Virus record (IMG/VR): IMGVR_UViG_3300017700_000409
Coordinates: 1-64,000 of that record
Source: a virus
Taxonomy: Duplodnaviria; Caudoviricetes
DNA: 64,000 bases
Strand: one strand, 5' to 3'
Part shown: positions 19,663 to 28,266 of the stretch, in pieces
Position numbering within the stretch: the first letter of the stretch is position 1
Layout: every line of letters starts with the position of its first letter
Position numbers and translations under genes: made by a program
The notes under the pieces: generated by a model
What the model saw: only the letters and a program-made list of their open reading frames with translations
What the model was told of the DNA's origin: nothing
The model's database searches: none

Positions 19663-20163
19663 ATGAACGCATATTGCAGAGTTGTTGATGGAAAGGGCAC
19701 GGATGTATGCTATGGAGAAAACGCCGAATTAGCCATCACCACTTCTTTTGTTACGGAATATATTGAAGAGGTTGGAGGTGTACCGGCTTGGCTCCCTATC
19801 CAAGATGGTGTTACGGTTAATGGCGGGTGGCTTGTTACAGTGACAGATGGTGTTGTTACAGCTTCGGTTGCCCCTTCACCTCCGCCACCCGTTCCGAAGA
19901 CAATAAATAAGCAGGAATACAATGACGTTTGTATCGGGGCCTTGGGCGGCATCCCGGCTGGCGTTGCGGCATTCCAAGCGGTTATTGACGCTGCTGTTGC
20001 GGCCGGGGGAGCGGCCCGAGGAACTATCACTTATTACAACGGAGCTAACACCTTCACTCTTCCCCAAACCCAAGCGTTCTTCGTTATCCTGGTTGACGCG
20101 CAATGCTGTACGCAAGAGCAAGCTGATGCGGTCATTGCCGCATGGCCTATGGTGGCTTCATGA
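19663..20163 (+). CDS. Hypothetical protein, possibly a fibre-associated chaperone
   Basis: SD AGGAGG; Pro-rich linker; follows the Gly-rich gene. Confidence 0.55.
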   Translation: MNAYCRVVDGKGTDVCYGENAELAITTSFVTEYIEEVGGVPAWLPIQDGVTVNGGWLVTVTDGVVTASVAPSPPPPVPKTINKQEYNDVCIGALGGIPAGVAAFQAVIDAAVAAGGAARGTITYYNGANTFTLPQTQAFFVILVDAQCCTQEQADAVIAAWPMVAS

Positions 20164-20606
20164 ACTCTGGGGATCGTGATACTATTCTCCTCGCTCTAAC
20201 TGCCTATGGCGAGGCAAGCGATCAAGGCCGCGACGGTATTCGGGCCCAAGTCCACTCTGTGCTTAATCGGCACAGGGCAGGGGCTTGGTACTCCCGTAAG
20301 ACCCTCGCGGCTTGCGTAATGCTCGGCTATGCCTACTCGATGTGGAATGACGATGATAAAAATAGGGTAAGGGTTTGTGAAGCTTCGCTTGACGATCCCA
20401 CTATGAAAATCTGTATCGAAGAGGTTGAAGCGGCAATCGCAGGGAAGACCCAGGACCCGACCGGCGGGGCAACTCATTACTATGTCGCCGGCACTCCGGA
20501 ACCAACCTGGGTTTCGGGCAAGAATAAGAAGGGGGAGCAAGTTGCTCCGCCCGCAACATACACAACAATGATCGGAGCACATCGTTTTTACAAGGGGGTA
20601 GCCTAA
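20160..20606 (+). CDS. Cell-wall hydrolase (SleB/Hydrolase_2), probable endolysin
   Basis: LALTAYGEA, V.NR, PTGGATHYY, IGAHRFY motifs; ATGA-coupled. Confidence 0.8.
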   Translation: MNSGDRDTILLALTAYGEASDQGRDGIRAQVHSVLNRHRAGAWYSRKTLAACVMLGYAYSMWNDDDKNRVRVCEASLDDPTMKICIEEVEAAIAGKTQDPTGGATHYYVAGTPEPTWVSGKNKKGEQVAPPATYTTMIGAHRFYKGVA

Positions 20607-20954
20607 ATGGAAAAGCGCAAAAGAAATGAAAAGTTCGCCTTCTTTCTCGTCATCGCAGTCATCTTCCTCTTCATCCTAATCCTCGGGGCAATCGTCTTCG
20701 GCAATATGAAGCCCGAGGATAAAACCGCAGTCATCGGTTGGGGCTCGCTTCTCCTTGGTGTCCTTACTACCGCTGCCTCTTATGAATGGGGAGCCAGCAA
20801 GGAGGCCATCACAAAAAACGAAGTTCCCCCGCCTACACCTGGGAAGACAACAATGACGGCAGACGTTCACATGTCATCGGCTTCCGCGGAACCTAAAACG
20901 CCTGACCCTAAAACTCCAGAACCTTCGACATTACAACCAAAGACAGGAGACTAA
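20607..20954 (+). CDS. Putative holin
   Basis: Basic N-terminus, two hydrophobic segments, Y.WG.S motif, charged Pro-rich tail; next to the lysin. Confidence 0.55.
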   Translation: MEKRKRNEKFAFFLVIAVIFLFILILGAIVFGNMKPEDKTAVIGWGSLLLGVLTTAASYEWGASKEAITKNEVPPPTPGKTTMTADVHMSSASAEPKTPDPKTPEPSTLQPKTGD

Positions 20955-20957
20955 AAG

Positions 20958-21350
20958 ATGAACCGCACAAAATTAGTTATTCTGACTTCCGCTATCTTGG
21001 TCGCCCTCTCTATGGCGGCTTGCTCTTCTGACGGGAAGCTCGCCAACAAGGATAAACCTTTTGATAAGCAAGTCACACTCACCGCCGTTTGTAGCGGGAT
21101 CGTAAAGGCCAACGAAGTATTCCAGACCCTCGCGGCCACTCTCCCCGGGGTCATCGACCAAAATGGGATGGACTTTGAGGGGGCTCTCCTCGATACCGTG
21201 GGGTTATCTGCAAACGTTTCCCCGCCTAAGCCCCCGAGGCCGGGGAGTGTTTGTGCTTCGCCTTATGCCGGCGATCTTAATGTGGCGCTTAACGCGGCCA
21301 TTACCGCTTCGGTGAATATTACGAAGCTCCTAGCGACTTGGAATAAATAA
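20958..21350 (+). CDS. Lipoprotein
   Basis: SD CAGGAG; hydrophobic leader with lipobox MAAC followed by SSDG. Confidence 0.7.
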   Translation: MNRTKLVILTSAILVALSMAACSSDGKLANKDKPFDKQVTLTAVCSGIVKANEVFQTLAATLPGVIDQNGMDFEGALLDTVGLSANVSPPKPPRPGSVCASPYAGDLNVALNAAITASVNITKLLATWNK

Positions 21351-21581
21351 GTGGGGTGGTGGGAGGCAATAAAACTCTTCCTTGGCCTCGGTAAGAACGT
21401 CACCGACATCGTAAAGAACAACCAGGAAGAGAAGAAGACAACCGCGATAGAGAAACAAGGGGAAGCAAATGCTACAGCGAAATCAAATGCAGAGACGCTC
21501 GATGCAGTTCGCACGTCCAATCGCGCTAATACTGACCCTGTTATTGACGACTTCGTGCGTTCACGATGGGAACGCCCCTAA
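21351..21581 (+). CDS. Putative i-spanin
   Basis: Amphipathic/hydrophobic N-terminus then coiled-coil; overlapped by an out-of-frame lipoprotein. Confidence 0.6.
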   Translation: MGWWEAIKLFLGLGKNVTDIVKNNQEEKKTTAIEKQGEANATAKSNAETLDAVRTSNRANTDPVIDDFVRSRWERP

Positions 21582-21735
21582 GCTTCCGACTACAATACAC
21601 GACTTCTGCCTCTTCTATCGCCCGTATCCTTATCACCTAAGTGACGGGCCGAAGTCTTCGGCGGATGCTACCTACTCGCTTAAAAACCACACTTGTCTTT
21701 GTACGGACAACCCGCCGAAGGAGTGCAAGCCTTGA
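21502..21735 (+). CDS. Putative o-spanin lipoprotein (overlapping, +1 frame)
   Basis: MQFARPIALILTLLLTTSC lipobox, DFC..Y.P, Cys/Pro-rich. Confidence 0.65.
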   Translation: MQFARPIALILTLLLTTSCVHDGNAPKLPTTIHDFCLFYRPYPYHLSDGPKSSADATYSLKNHTCLCTDNPPKECKP

Positions 21736-21908
21736 TGGCGTATGTTCTTGCTGGGATCGTCTTTTCTATCTCGGTTATCTATGCTGCTCTGGTTTGTCTC
21801 GCTAATTCGATGAGCAGCGCACCTCTAGTTACGATTAGCTACAAGCCGTCAATTGTTGGGGTGATAATGTCTATAGTTGTCTTGATCGTCCACCACTACC
21901 GGGGATAA
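21735..21908 (+). CDS. Small two-TM membrane protein
   Basis: TGATG coupling to the o-spanin; two hydrophobic runs. Confidence 0.55.
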   Translation: MAYVLAGIVFSISVIYAALVCLANSMSSAPLVTISYKPSIVGVIMSIVVLIVHHYRG

Positions 21909-21956
21909 AGGGCTGCGGGGCGCATTTCACTTAACTCTATAAAGGAGACTACGCCC

Positions 21957-22154
21957 TTGGACTTATTTTCTCTAATCGCTCTCATCCTAATTGTTGGTGT
22001 TGTCGTGTTCCTTATCAACGCGGCTCCCTTCATTGACGCTAGGTTCAAGCAGATCGCAACCTGGCTTCTTCTCGCTGTCGTCATAATCTATGTGATCCTA
22101 ACTGTGTTCGGCCCTCTTCCTAATGTTCACATTGGGCGAGGACGTTTGAACTGA
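21957..22154 (+). CDS. Small two-TM membrane protein (Thivi_2564-like)
   Basis: TTG start, SD AAGGAG; L.LI.LIVGVV.FLIN..P.ID..FK.I...L...VV.IY.I...FG pattern. Confidence 0.65.
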   Translation: MDLFSLIALILIVGVVVFLINAAPFIDARFKQIATWLLLAVVIIYVILTVFGPLPNVHIGRGRLN

Positions 22155-22160
22155 CGGTTG

Positions 22161-22245
22161 TCCTCGCGCTTTAGAGCCTCCCCTTGGGCGCGAGGAACAG
22201 GGCGCGGGGCCTGTGTGCGGACTGGGCCCCGCGTCTATTTTTTTG
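22161..22245 (+). terminator. Tandem hairpins, the second followed by a U-tract
   Basis: TCCTCGCGC/GCGCGAGGA (22161-22195) and CGCGGGGCC/GGCCCCGCG followed by TCTATTTTTT. Confidence 0.6.
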
Positions 22246-22257
22246 AAAGGCTTCTCG

Positions 22258-23046
22258 ATGAATAAAACTTTCGCGCTTATCTTTCTTCTCTTCCTATCGG
22301 CTTGTGGTGGGGGAACGTCTCCCGGCCCGGGGCCAAACCCCACCCCAACCAATCCAAGCTCTCTTGTCTTTGAGGCGGATTGGAATGCCCCGCTCGGGCA
22401 ATCTCTCGTTTGCGGGGGCCCAGGGCACGTTCATCCTTTTAGCTGTAGTCTACCGCCCGGGGCAGTCTGGGGATTGCTTCCGGATGAGCAGGGCGGCTCG
22501 CCTTGCGCGGGGCCTTTACCTAATGTCTGCTACCAACTCGGCACAGGTAAGCTCGGTTACACCTCCAATGTAATTCCTGCCTTTGCGCTCATAAACGCAA
22601 ACAGCGTTCCCCGTCTCAAGCCCATTTCAGTTGAGGCCGAGGTTACAGCGACAAATGATTGCACCGCCCCGGTTGCATTTGTAGGCCCGGTTATCTATGA
22701 TGGAGAGGGGGCAGGCGAAGGAGACACAGGGAAATATTACGCGCTGTATTTGAACTGCTGGACGCTTACGGGTGACCGAAATGTTTATGCCTGGGTGTAC
22801 TCGGGAATTTATGCAGGGGCTACGAACGGAACAATATATGCCCCGGGGTCTACCCACAAGTTGCGGATTGATTATCTCCCGGGCATCTCGGTGACCTATA
22901 AGGTCGATGATATTGTTGTTATGGTAGAGACGCCAGGGTCACTTACCCCGGGTCTAATAATGTTTGATCAAGACCCGCACCCGGCTTTGTGGTTCGGCAA
23001 TTCAGTCGGCTCTATCGGCCCATTCAAAGTTTATTCTGGACCTTAA
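22258..23046 (+). CDS. Lipoprotein with probable beta-sandwich (ConA-like) domain
   Basis: Start ATG22258; lipobox LSAC-GGG; Pro-Gly linker; HKLRIDY...VTYKVDD pattern. Confidence 0.65.
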   Translation: MNKTFALIFLLFLSACGGGTSPGPGPNPTPTNPSSLVFEADWNAPLGQSLVCGGPGHVHPFSCSLPPGAVWGLLPDEQGGSPCAGPLPNVCYQLGTGKLGYTSNVIPAFALINANSVPRLKPISVEAEVTATNDCTAPVAFVGPVIYDGEGAGEGDTGKYYALYLNCWTLTGDRNVYAWVYSGIYAGATNGTIYAPGSTHKLRIDYLPGISVTYKVDDIVVMVETPGSLTPGLIMFDQDPHPALWFGNSVGSIGPFKVYSGP

Positions 23047-23077
23047 ATACAAAACGAAATTGGTAGCCATAAACTCA

Positions 23078-23110
23078 GGGGGCGCGGGAAACTGCGCTCC
23101 CTATTTTTTT
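23078..23110 (+). terminator. Rho-independent terminator ending the late arm
   Basis: GGGGGCGCGG-GAAA-CTGCGCTCCC followed by TATTTTTTT. Confidence 0.8.
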
Positions 23111-23275
23111 GTCCGTGGGGGATTGGTTCCGGCTCTAGGGCCGAAGGCTGGCACGGGCTCGATGCCGTACGCAGCTGTGTACCTTCCTCGGGTCGAGAGC
23201 TACGGGTGGACCCGGGAAGGAGAAGGCCCACTGCAGGGCCTTAAAAGGGGCCGGATAGCCCCTCATAAAAGGGCC

Positions 23276-23350
23276 TAAAAGCCCTTATTTTTCAACGACT
23301 TAGCTGGTATTCAAACTAATGGCTAAAAACCCTTATATTTCAAGGACTTA
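23276..23350. repeat. Imperfect 27-bp direct repeat (24/27), 48-bp period
   Basis: TAAAAGCCCTTATTTTTCAACGACTTA (23276-23302) and TAAAAACCCTTATATTTCAAGGACTTA (23324-23350). Confidence 0.85.
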
Positions 23351-23464
23351 AGAGCCGCCCTGTAGGCCTTAAAACAAGACCCTAGGGTGGCCCCGGCTCC
23401 CGCGCGCTAGGACGGGAGCCGAGGAAGGCCGCGAGCGACACTGTGCCTTGCGGCAATCGATCCT

Positions 23465-23692
23465 CTACCCCGAGGACATAAGGTCCCAAGCCTCCGAACA
23501 CATCGCCATGTAGAGGGCCTTACTTGTCTGACCTGTCTCGATAGAGAGGAGAGCCCCACTAACAATCGCGCCCATCGCCATGACCCTTTGCGATTGAGGA
23601 TAGGCGTTGCGCAACAAGTCCGCGACAATAAGATAATGCTGACCCTCAAAGCACCGTCTAACAACTTCCTTCGCCTCTTTTTCGTAATCCAT
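23465..23692 (-). CDS. Hypothetical protein
   Basis: SD AGGAGG; last gene of the minus arm. Confidence 0.65.
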   Translation of the reverse strand: MDYEKEAKEVVRRCFEGQHYLIVADLLRNAYPQSQRVMAMGAIVSGALLSIETGQTSKALYMAMCSEAWDLMSSG

Positions 23693-23693
23693 T

Positions 23694-25481
23694 TCAACCT
23701 CCTGATGCTAATTCTTTCCAACCTTCCGGCTCATCCAGAAAGAGACGGCTTACAGTTATCTTCTTGACGACTGCTTTGTGGATGTAATCGTCAATCGTCT
23801 TAGGCGCGCGGAGCCGTCCATAAAGGCAAGACCCTACCGCGCCAATCCTTCGGGTTCGGCCTTTGCTCTGGTAGTGATAGAGGCTGTCGAAGTATTCCGA
23901 ATAGAACAAGACAAGCTGACACATCTTTTGTAGACCATCTAGCCCCGCTGACCCGGAGGCTTGATTGATTAACATGATGCCTGCTTTCTTAGTTATAAAG
24001 TCATTTAGAAAGCGGGCACGGTCAGTCTTGCTTATCGTTCCATCATAGCGATAGACCCGAGGCGGGTTTTTTATTTCTCCAAAGGCCTCGGTTAGAATAT
24101 CAAAGTCAGCGTGGAACCTCGCCCAGATAACCATAGGCGCTCTGTTGCCCTCGATCCAAAAGTCAATAGCTGCTTGCGCCCGGTTACTCGGCACGCGCGT
24201 TGCCCTAACATTCTCCGACCCATCGTCATTCGTGCTCGTAACAATCGGGACGTGACCGCAGACAACTTGCTGCATCCTCATCATCCGGGTAATAGCCTGG
24301 TCGGCCTTTACATGCCCGCCCGAATGATCAATCATGTATTCAAACTTATCGTTCAACTGCTTGTAGAGATTTTCTTGCTCCTTCGTAAGCTTCACATCAA
24401 TAACAACATCTCGCGCGGGCGGAAGGTCGAGGCAATCTTCAGCCTTAACCCGCATACAGTGAGCATCTACCTTGTCCCACAACTCCTTCACATTCCGATA
24501 GCCCGTTATCTTCACCGCACCATGAGGCGCACCCTTATAGGCTGGGATGACATCGCAGTAGCGGTTGCGGAATGTATAGAAGGAGCTATAGCCCAAGACA
24601 TCTTCAGACAGGAACTTCATCTGTCCAAACAGGTCTTCCAACCCCTCCGGTGTAGGGCTCCCCGTTTCGATGGCGCGCACCTTCGCCTCCTCGCCCCATT
24701 TCCAGCACCATTCCGAACGCTCCGAGGACGGGGATTTTATTGTGAAGCTTTCCACGATTAAGAACATACACCGGCCCGAACGTATGAAACCTTCAGCGAG
24801 CCTTCGGCCTTCACCGGGGCGCGAGATGGCTTCGATGTTCATGGCGTAGCAGCGTAGCTTATCGCCCGCAATGAACAGTTTTGGGTCGTGGTGCTTACGG
24901 CGCTTTGGGCTGTACCAATCTGATATCGTTTTAACGTCCGTGGGAACGTGATCAATAAGGGCTTGCTCCACGTATTGTTCTGCGATCCCGGATGGCCAGA
25001 CTAGGATGAAGAAACAATCAATTTCACCTTTCATGTATTTGTACGAGGCAATGTCGATCATCGCCTTGCTCTTTCCGGTCCCGATATCGAATAGGAGGCC
25101 GAAATATTTAGCATCCTTGAAGCGGTGGAAGGACTTTAACTGGTGCTCATAACATTTTCTGCGGAAGGGGAATGACTTCGCGGCCTCGGGCGGGAGCTTG
25201 CGTTTCTTGCCTTCGCGTCCTGCCTTCTCTAGCCGGTCGGCCTCCTCAATTTCCTTGAGGCGTTTTCCTTCGTCAATCCACTTCGCCTCAGGAAGTTCTT
25301 TCTTGAGGTGTCGGATATTCGCGGCACTCGGCTCGAATAGAAGTTGACCGTTGTTATCCCAACGCTTGCGGCCGGGCATGTCGCGGATAGCTTCTAATAT
25401 CTTCGCGTTCACGGACCCGGACAACGTACAATTCCGGGGGCCGGTAGTGATAACGAGAGGACGGCGCTTTTTATTAATCAC
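23694..25481 (-). CDS. SNF2-family (SF2) DNA helicase/translocase
   Basis: YEHQ, DIGTGKS, ESFTIKSP (variant motif II), TGSP, WARF, YDG, S.GLDGLQ, QSKGR.RRIG. Confidence 0.9.
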   Translation of the reverse strand: MINKKRRPLVITTGPRNCTLSGSVNAKILEAIRDMPGRKRWDNNGQLLFEPSAANIRHLKKELPEAKWIDEGKRLKEIEEADRLEKAGREGKKRKLPPEAAKSFPFRRKCYEHQLKSFHRFKDAKYFGLLFDIGTGKSKAMIDIASYKYMKGEIDCFFILVWPSGIAEQYVEQALIDHVPTDVKTISDWYSPKRRKHHDPKLFIAGDKLRCYAMNIEAISRPGEGRRLAEGFIRSGRCMFLIVESFTIKSPSSERSEWCWKWGEEAKVRAIETGSPTPEGLEDLFGQMKFLSEDVLGYSSFYTFRNRYCDVIPAYKGAPHGAVKITGYRNVKELWDKVDAHCMRVKAEDCLDLPPARDVVIDVKLTKEQENLYKQLNDKFEYMIDHSGGHVKADQAITRMMRMQQVVCGHVPIVTSTNDDGSENVRATRVPSNRAQAAIDFWIEGNRAPMVIWARFHADFDILTEAFGEIKNPPRVYRYDGTISKTDRARFLNDFITKKAGIMLINQASGSAGLDGLQKMCQLVLFYSEYFDSLYHYQSKGRTRRIGAVGSCLYGRLRAPKTIDDYIHKAVVKKITVSRLFLDEPEGWKELASGG

Positions 25482-25888
25482 AGTGGTGCGGCTCCTTGTG
25501 CGTCAATCGCATTTCTCAAAACTTCATCTAGGCTAGTGCCAGTGTAACTCTTCTTTCCGACTTGGATATAAGCAGTCGTGGTGGCGTCATCCCAGAATAT
25601 TTTTACAGTTGTATTAGAACCGTCTTGAACGAACCCGATTAGATTTTTTAATCCCTTCCAATAATCGGCTTGGTCGAGAGCTTTTAGAATATCTGTGACC
25701 GGCTTGAAACCTATGCTGCCTCGTAGCTGTTCAGCTGATGCCTTCATCTCCGCTAGTGCTTTCTCTTTCTCTTCTCCTTCAGTCTGGGTAACACGGAACA
25801 TAGCGGCTGTTCCTTTTGAAACAAGTTCACGCGCTTCCCTGCGCCATTTGTCTAGATCAAAAACATAGGGTGGAATTTTATCGCTCAT
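25478..25888 (-). CDS. Hypothetical protein
   Basis: SD CAGGAG; coupled to the helicase. Confidence 0.65.
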   Translation of the reverse strand: MSDKIPPYVFDLDKWRREARELVSKGTAAMFRVTQTEGEEKEKALAEMKASAEQLRGSIGFKPVTDILKALDQADYWKGLKNLIGFVQDGSNTTVKIFWDDATTTAYIQVGKKSYTGTSLDEVLRNAIDAQGAAPL

Positions 25889-25891
25889 TTT

Positions 25892-26101
25892 CTACTCCTG
25901 AATTTCTATTAAAACATTGCGGGCTCGGAAGCCTCTGGCGTGAAGGTTCTTATGGTCGGCTCCAGTCCCCATTATGTAATCTCCTTCTAGGCGGGTGTTT
26001 TCATAATTGCACCAGGCATCTTGTGCGGTTGTACCAGGAGGAGAGAACACAAGTTCATTCTTAGGGCCGACAAGCATATAAAGGCTATGGCGGGTTTTCA
26101 T
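25892..26101 (-). CDS. Hypothetical protein
   Basis: ATGA-coupled small ORF. Confidence 0.6.
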   Translation of the reverse strand: MKTRHSLYMLVGPKNELVFSPPGTTAQDAWCNYENTRLEGDYIMGTGADHKNLHARGFRARNVLIEIQE

Positions 26102-26352
26102 TGTGCCAATTCCTTCTTTCCATTGCTTTCGAGATACGCAACTGTCGGCTTCTCTTCCCCGAGGTATCCAGCCCGGAAGCCAAAGAGAAGATAAGGGTAC
26201 AATGTCTTGTCCTTATATTCGTCTATCCATAGCGCCTCGGCATATCTGAGATCGGTTCCGAACCAGCCGTTGTTCTTTAGAGTTGAACCGAACTCAAACG
26301 CCATATCAATCGCTTCTTCCTTTGTTGTTGATACGTTCTCTCTGATGAACAT
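26098..26352 (-). CDS. Hypothetical protein
   Basis: Start moved to ATG26352 (SD AGGGG). Confidence 0.6.
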   Translation of the reverse strand: MFIRENVSTTKEEAIDMAFEFGSTLKNNGWFGTDLRYAEALWIDEYKDKTLYPYLLFGFRAGYLGEEKPTVAYLESNGKKELAQ

Positions 26353-26362
26353 GCTAATCCCC

Positions 26363-26557
26363 TTAAAACGCAACTGCTTTCCGGATGTCATAGAACACCT
26401 CTGTAATGGGCCCGAGGCTAATGTGAAAAACCGGGTAGGCCTTCCCATCTCGCCCAAGAAGCTTAATCGCCTCGACCGGATAGCCGCTGCGGCTCTTGGC
26501 TGCGATCCGACGCGATTTAATTGTGAAGAAGTCATCGGCAACTTTTTCTTTCTTCAT
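26363..26557 (-). CDS. Hypothetical protein
   Basis: Start moved to ATG26557 (SD GGGAG). Confidence 0.55.
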   Translation of the reverse strand: MKKEKVADDFFTIKSRRIAAKSRSGYPVEAIKLLGRDGKAYPVFHISLGPITEVFYDIRKAVAF

Positions 26558-26558
26558 T

Positions 26559-26720
26559 TCAAGCTCCCATTGTCCAGTTGAAATTATCATCATAGATTGC
26601 GAGCATCCGGTGAGCCCAATAAGCGAATTGTTTTGAAGGCTCGTACTTCTCTGGGCTTTCAAATTTCTTCTTAAGCTTCTTCCCACGGCCAACGCTCCAC
26701 GTAACGAATACACAATACAT
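26559..26720 (-). CDS. Hypothetical 53-aa protein (not in ORF track)
   Basis: MYCVFVTWSVGRGKK...WTMGA*; fills the gap; SD GGAG. Confidence 0.55.
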   Translation of the reverse strand: MYCVFVTWSVGRGKKLKKKFESPEKYEPSKQFAYWAHRMLAIYDDNFNWTMGA

Positions 26721-27059
26721 TTAGTTCTCCATCTGGTTATCGAGGAACACAACCCGCCCCTTCATCGTTAAGTAAGGCGAATTAGAAATGGCGTCCGATA
26801 GGTATTGATCCTCTGGCGTCTCCGGAGGAAACAAAGGATCAAGCAACAGCCCTATCATCCACTGAATAATCTGGTAAGCCCTTTGTGTATTTACGCCAAG
26901 GCGCTCTCCGATGCTCCTATATGTGTGACCGATAAGCCTCATTTTAACAGCCGCTCTCGCTCGGTCGTGGTTACCCATCTCGCTCACCACACAAAGATTG
27001 CGGAATAAATCGAAGCGATAACGCCTCCAATAATCCCGAGGAGGATACAAGCTCCCCAT
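26721..27059 (-). CDS. HTH protein (sigma-70 region 4-like)
   Basis: MRLIGHTYRSIGERLGVNTQRAYQII. Confidence 0.6.
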   Translation of the reverse strand: MGSLYPPRDYWRRYRFDLFRNLCVVSEMGNHDRARAAVKMRLIGHTYRSIGERLGVNTQRAYQIIQWMIGLLLDPLFPPETPEDQYLSDAISNSPYLTMKGRVVFLDNQMEN

Positions 27060-27109
27060 ATCTGTACCATGTCCATATCCTGAACGAAGTCAATAAACTT
27101 TCTCATCTT

Positions 27110-27409
27110 CTACTCCTCACAAATCATCGCCCCGTGATCGGGGCACAAAGGCGGTCCAACGTCGCGTATCCACTTGCGCGCAACCCGGGAGATGTAGCCG
27201 CAGGTAACGCACTCGCACTTCAAGAGGCGCGCATTATCCTTCTTCTTCTCCTTCACTCTCTCGGGCTTGCGCTTGCCTGATTCTAAGGCCACTAGGTAAG
27301 CCTTAGCCCCGCCCCGGGTCGAGAAGCGGGGCGCAAGCTCCTCTCCCCCAAAGACAACAGAGTATCCATCCTTCATCTTCCTAGTTCGGTTCGGGTTCAC
27401 TTCGCCCAA
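27110..27409 (-). CDS. Zn-ribbon protein
   Basis: RLLKCEC.TCGY.SR...KW....PPLCPDH motif. Confidence 0.6.
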   Translation of the reverse strand: MGEVNPNRTRKMKDGYSVVFGGEELAPRFSTRGGAKAYLVALESGKRKPERVKEKKKDNARLLKCECVTCGYISRVARKWIRDVGPPLCPDHGAMICEE

Positions 27410-27696
27410 GCCCGGGCACTAGCCCAAGACCATTTGTTAGAGCCCCCTAGAGCATTACCGAATGCCTTGAGGGTAGCGGACTGGGGCTTGCGGGTTCCTC
27501 CCTCAAACCATCCATGGACAGTGTTAGGGCTAACCCTCGACCGGCGGCAAGCCTCCCGGATGACCCAACCTTTCGAGACGTTGTTTGCTTTCGCTAAGTC
27601 ATCGACCCGCGTGCGCATGACGTCAATCTCCGGGTCCTTCTCTTTAAAGAAGTATGTGGGATAAACCCCTGCGGCTTTCAAAATACCTCGGGCCAT
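27397..27696 (-). CDS. XRE/Cro-like HTH regulator
   Basis: REACRRSRVSPNTVHGWFEGGTRKPQSATLKAFGNALG. Confidence 0.7.
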   Translation of the reverse strand: MARGILKAAGVYPTYFFKEKDPEIDVMRTRVDDLAKANNVSKGWVIREACRRSRVSPNTVHGWFEGGTRKPQSATLKAFGNALGGSNKWSWASARAWAK

Positions 27697-27697
27697 A

Positions 27698-28021
27698 TTA
27701 CACCTTCACCCATTGTCCGCGCTTCGGATGCTTCACTAGTTTCAACCGCACAAGAGAGCGGAGGTGAAACCCGGCAGTGCCGGCGAGCATCTTTCCAATC
27801 CTCCCAAGCTCCACGGTACGGTAGACGATGCCCTTGTGCATGTTCCCATAGATACGCATTTGGGCAGAGGTCAACTCAGGAATATCTCCCCGTTCCTTCG
27901 TTTCGATGACGGGGGAGAATTCAGGGCAGATCGTAATGCCGGCCTCGACCATCTTGCGGAGGAAGCCGCCGACATCTGTGTCCTCGATCCGGAAGATGAT
28001 GTTTGTTACATTGGTATTCAT
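27698..28021 (-). CDS. Winged-helix DNA-binding protein
   Basis: LTSAQMRIY...TAGFHLRSLVRLKLV...RGQWV. Confidence 0.55.
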   Translation of the reverse strand: MNTNVTNIIFRIEDTDVGGFLRKMVEAGITICPEFSPVIETKERGDIPELTSAQMRIYGNMHKGIVYRTVELGRIGKMLAGTAGFHLRSLVRLKLVKHPKRGQWVKV

Positions 28022-28023
28022 AG

Positions 28024-28266
28024 CTATGTTCCTTTCTTTTGCTTCGCCTCTAGTTTCTTGAATTTCTTCACATCTCTATCAAGCTCCTTTGCCCGGTGCC
28101 GAAGTTCAAAAGCAACATCTTCGGTTATCCAGGTTACACAGCCGAGACAAAGGCATTCCCCCTCTTCATTAGGAGGGTCACGCGGGTCTTCATAAAATGG
28201 TAGCGGCTTTTTATCTCCGCACTCGATACATTCCATCTTTCTCTTCGCCATTACAAGCACTCCCAA
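28024..28266 (-). CDS. Zn-finger hypothetical protein
   Basis: CIEC...CLCLGC; coiled-coil tail. Confidence 0.55.
   Translation of the reverse strand: MGVLVMAKRKMECIECGDKKPLPFYEDPRDPPNEEGECLCLGCVTWITEDVAFELRHRAKELDRDVKKFKKLEAKQKKGT

Noticed and set aside
23115-23185. tRNA-like look (CTCTAGG loop suggesting a CUA anticodon, ACGG-GCTCGATG-CCGT T-arm-like hairpin)
   Set aside because: The anticodon stem does not pair around a 7-nt loop, and there is no acceptor stem or D-arm
23276-23350. CRISPR-like repeat-spacer-repeat
   Set aside because: Only two imperfect copies, a 21-bp spacer, no palindrome and no cas genes
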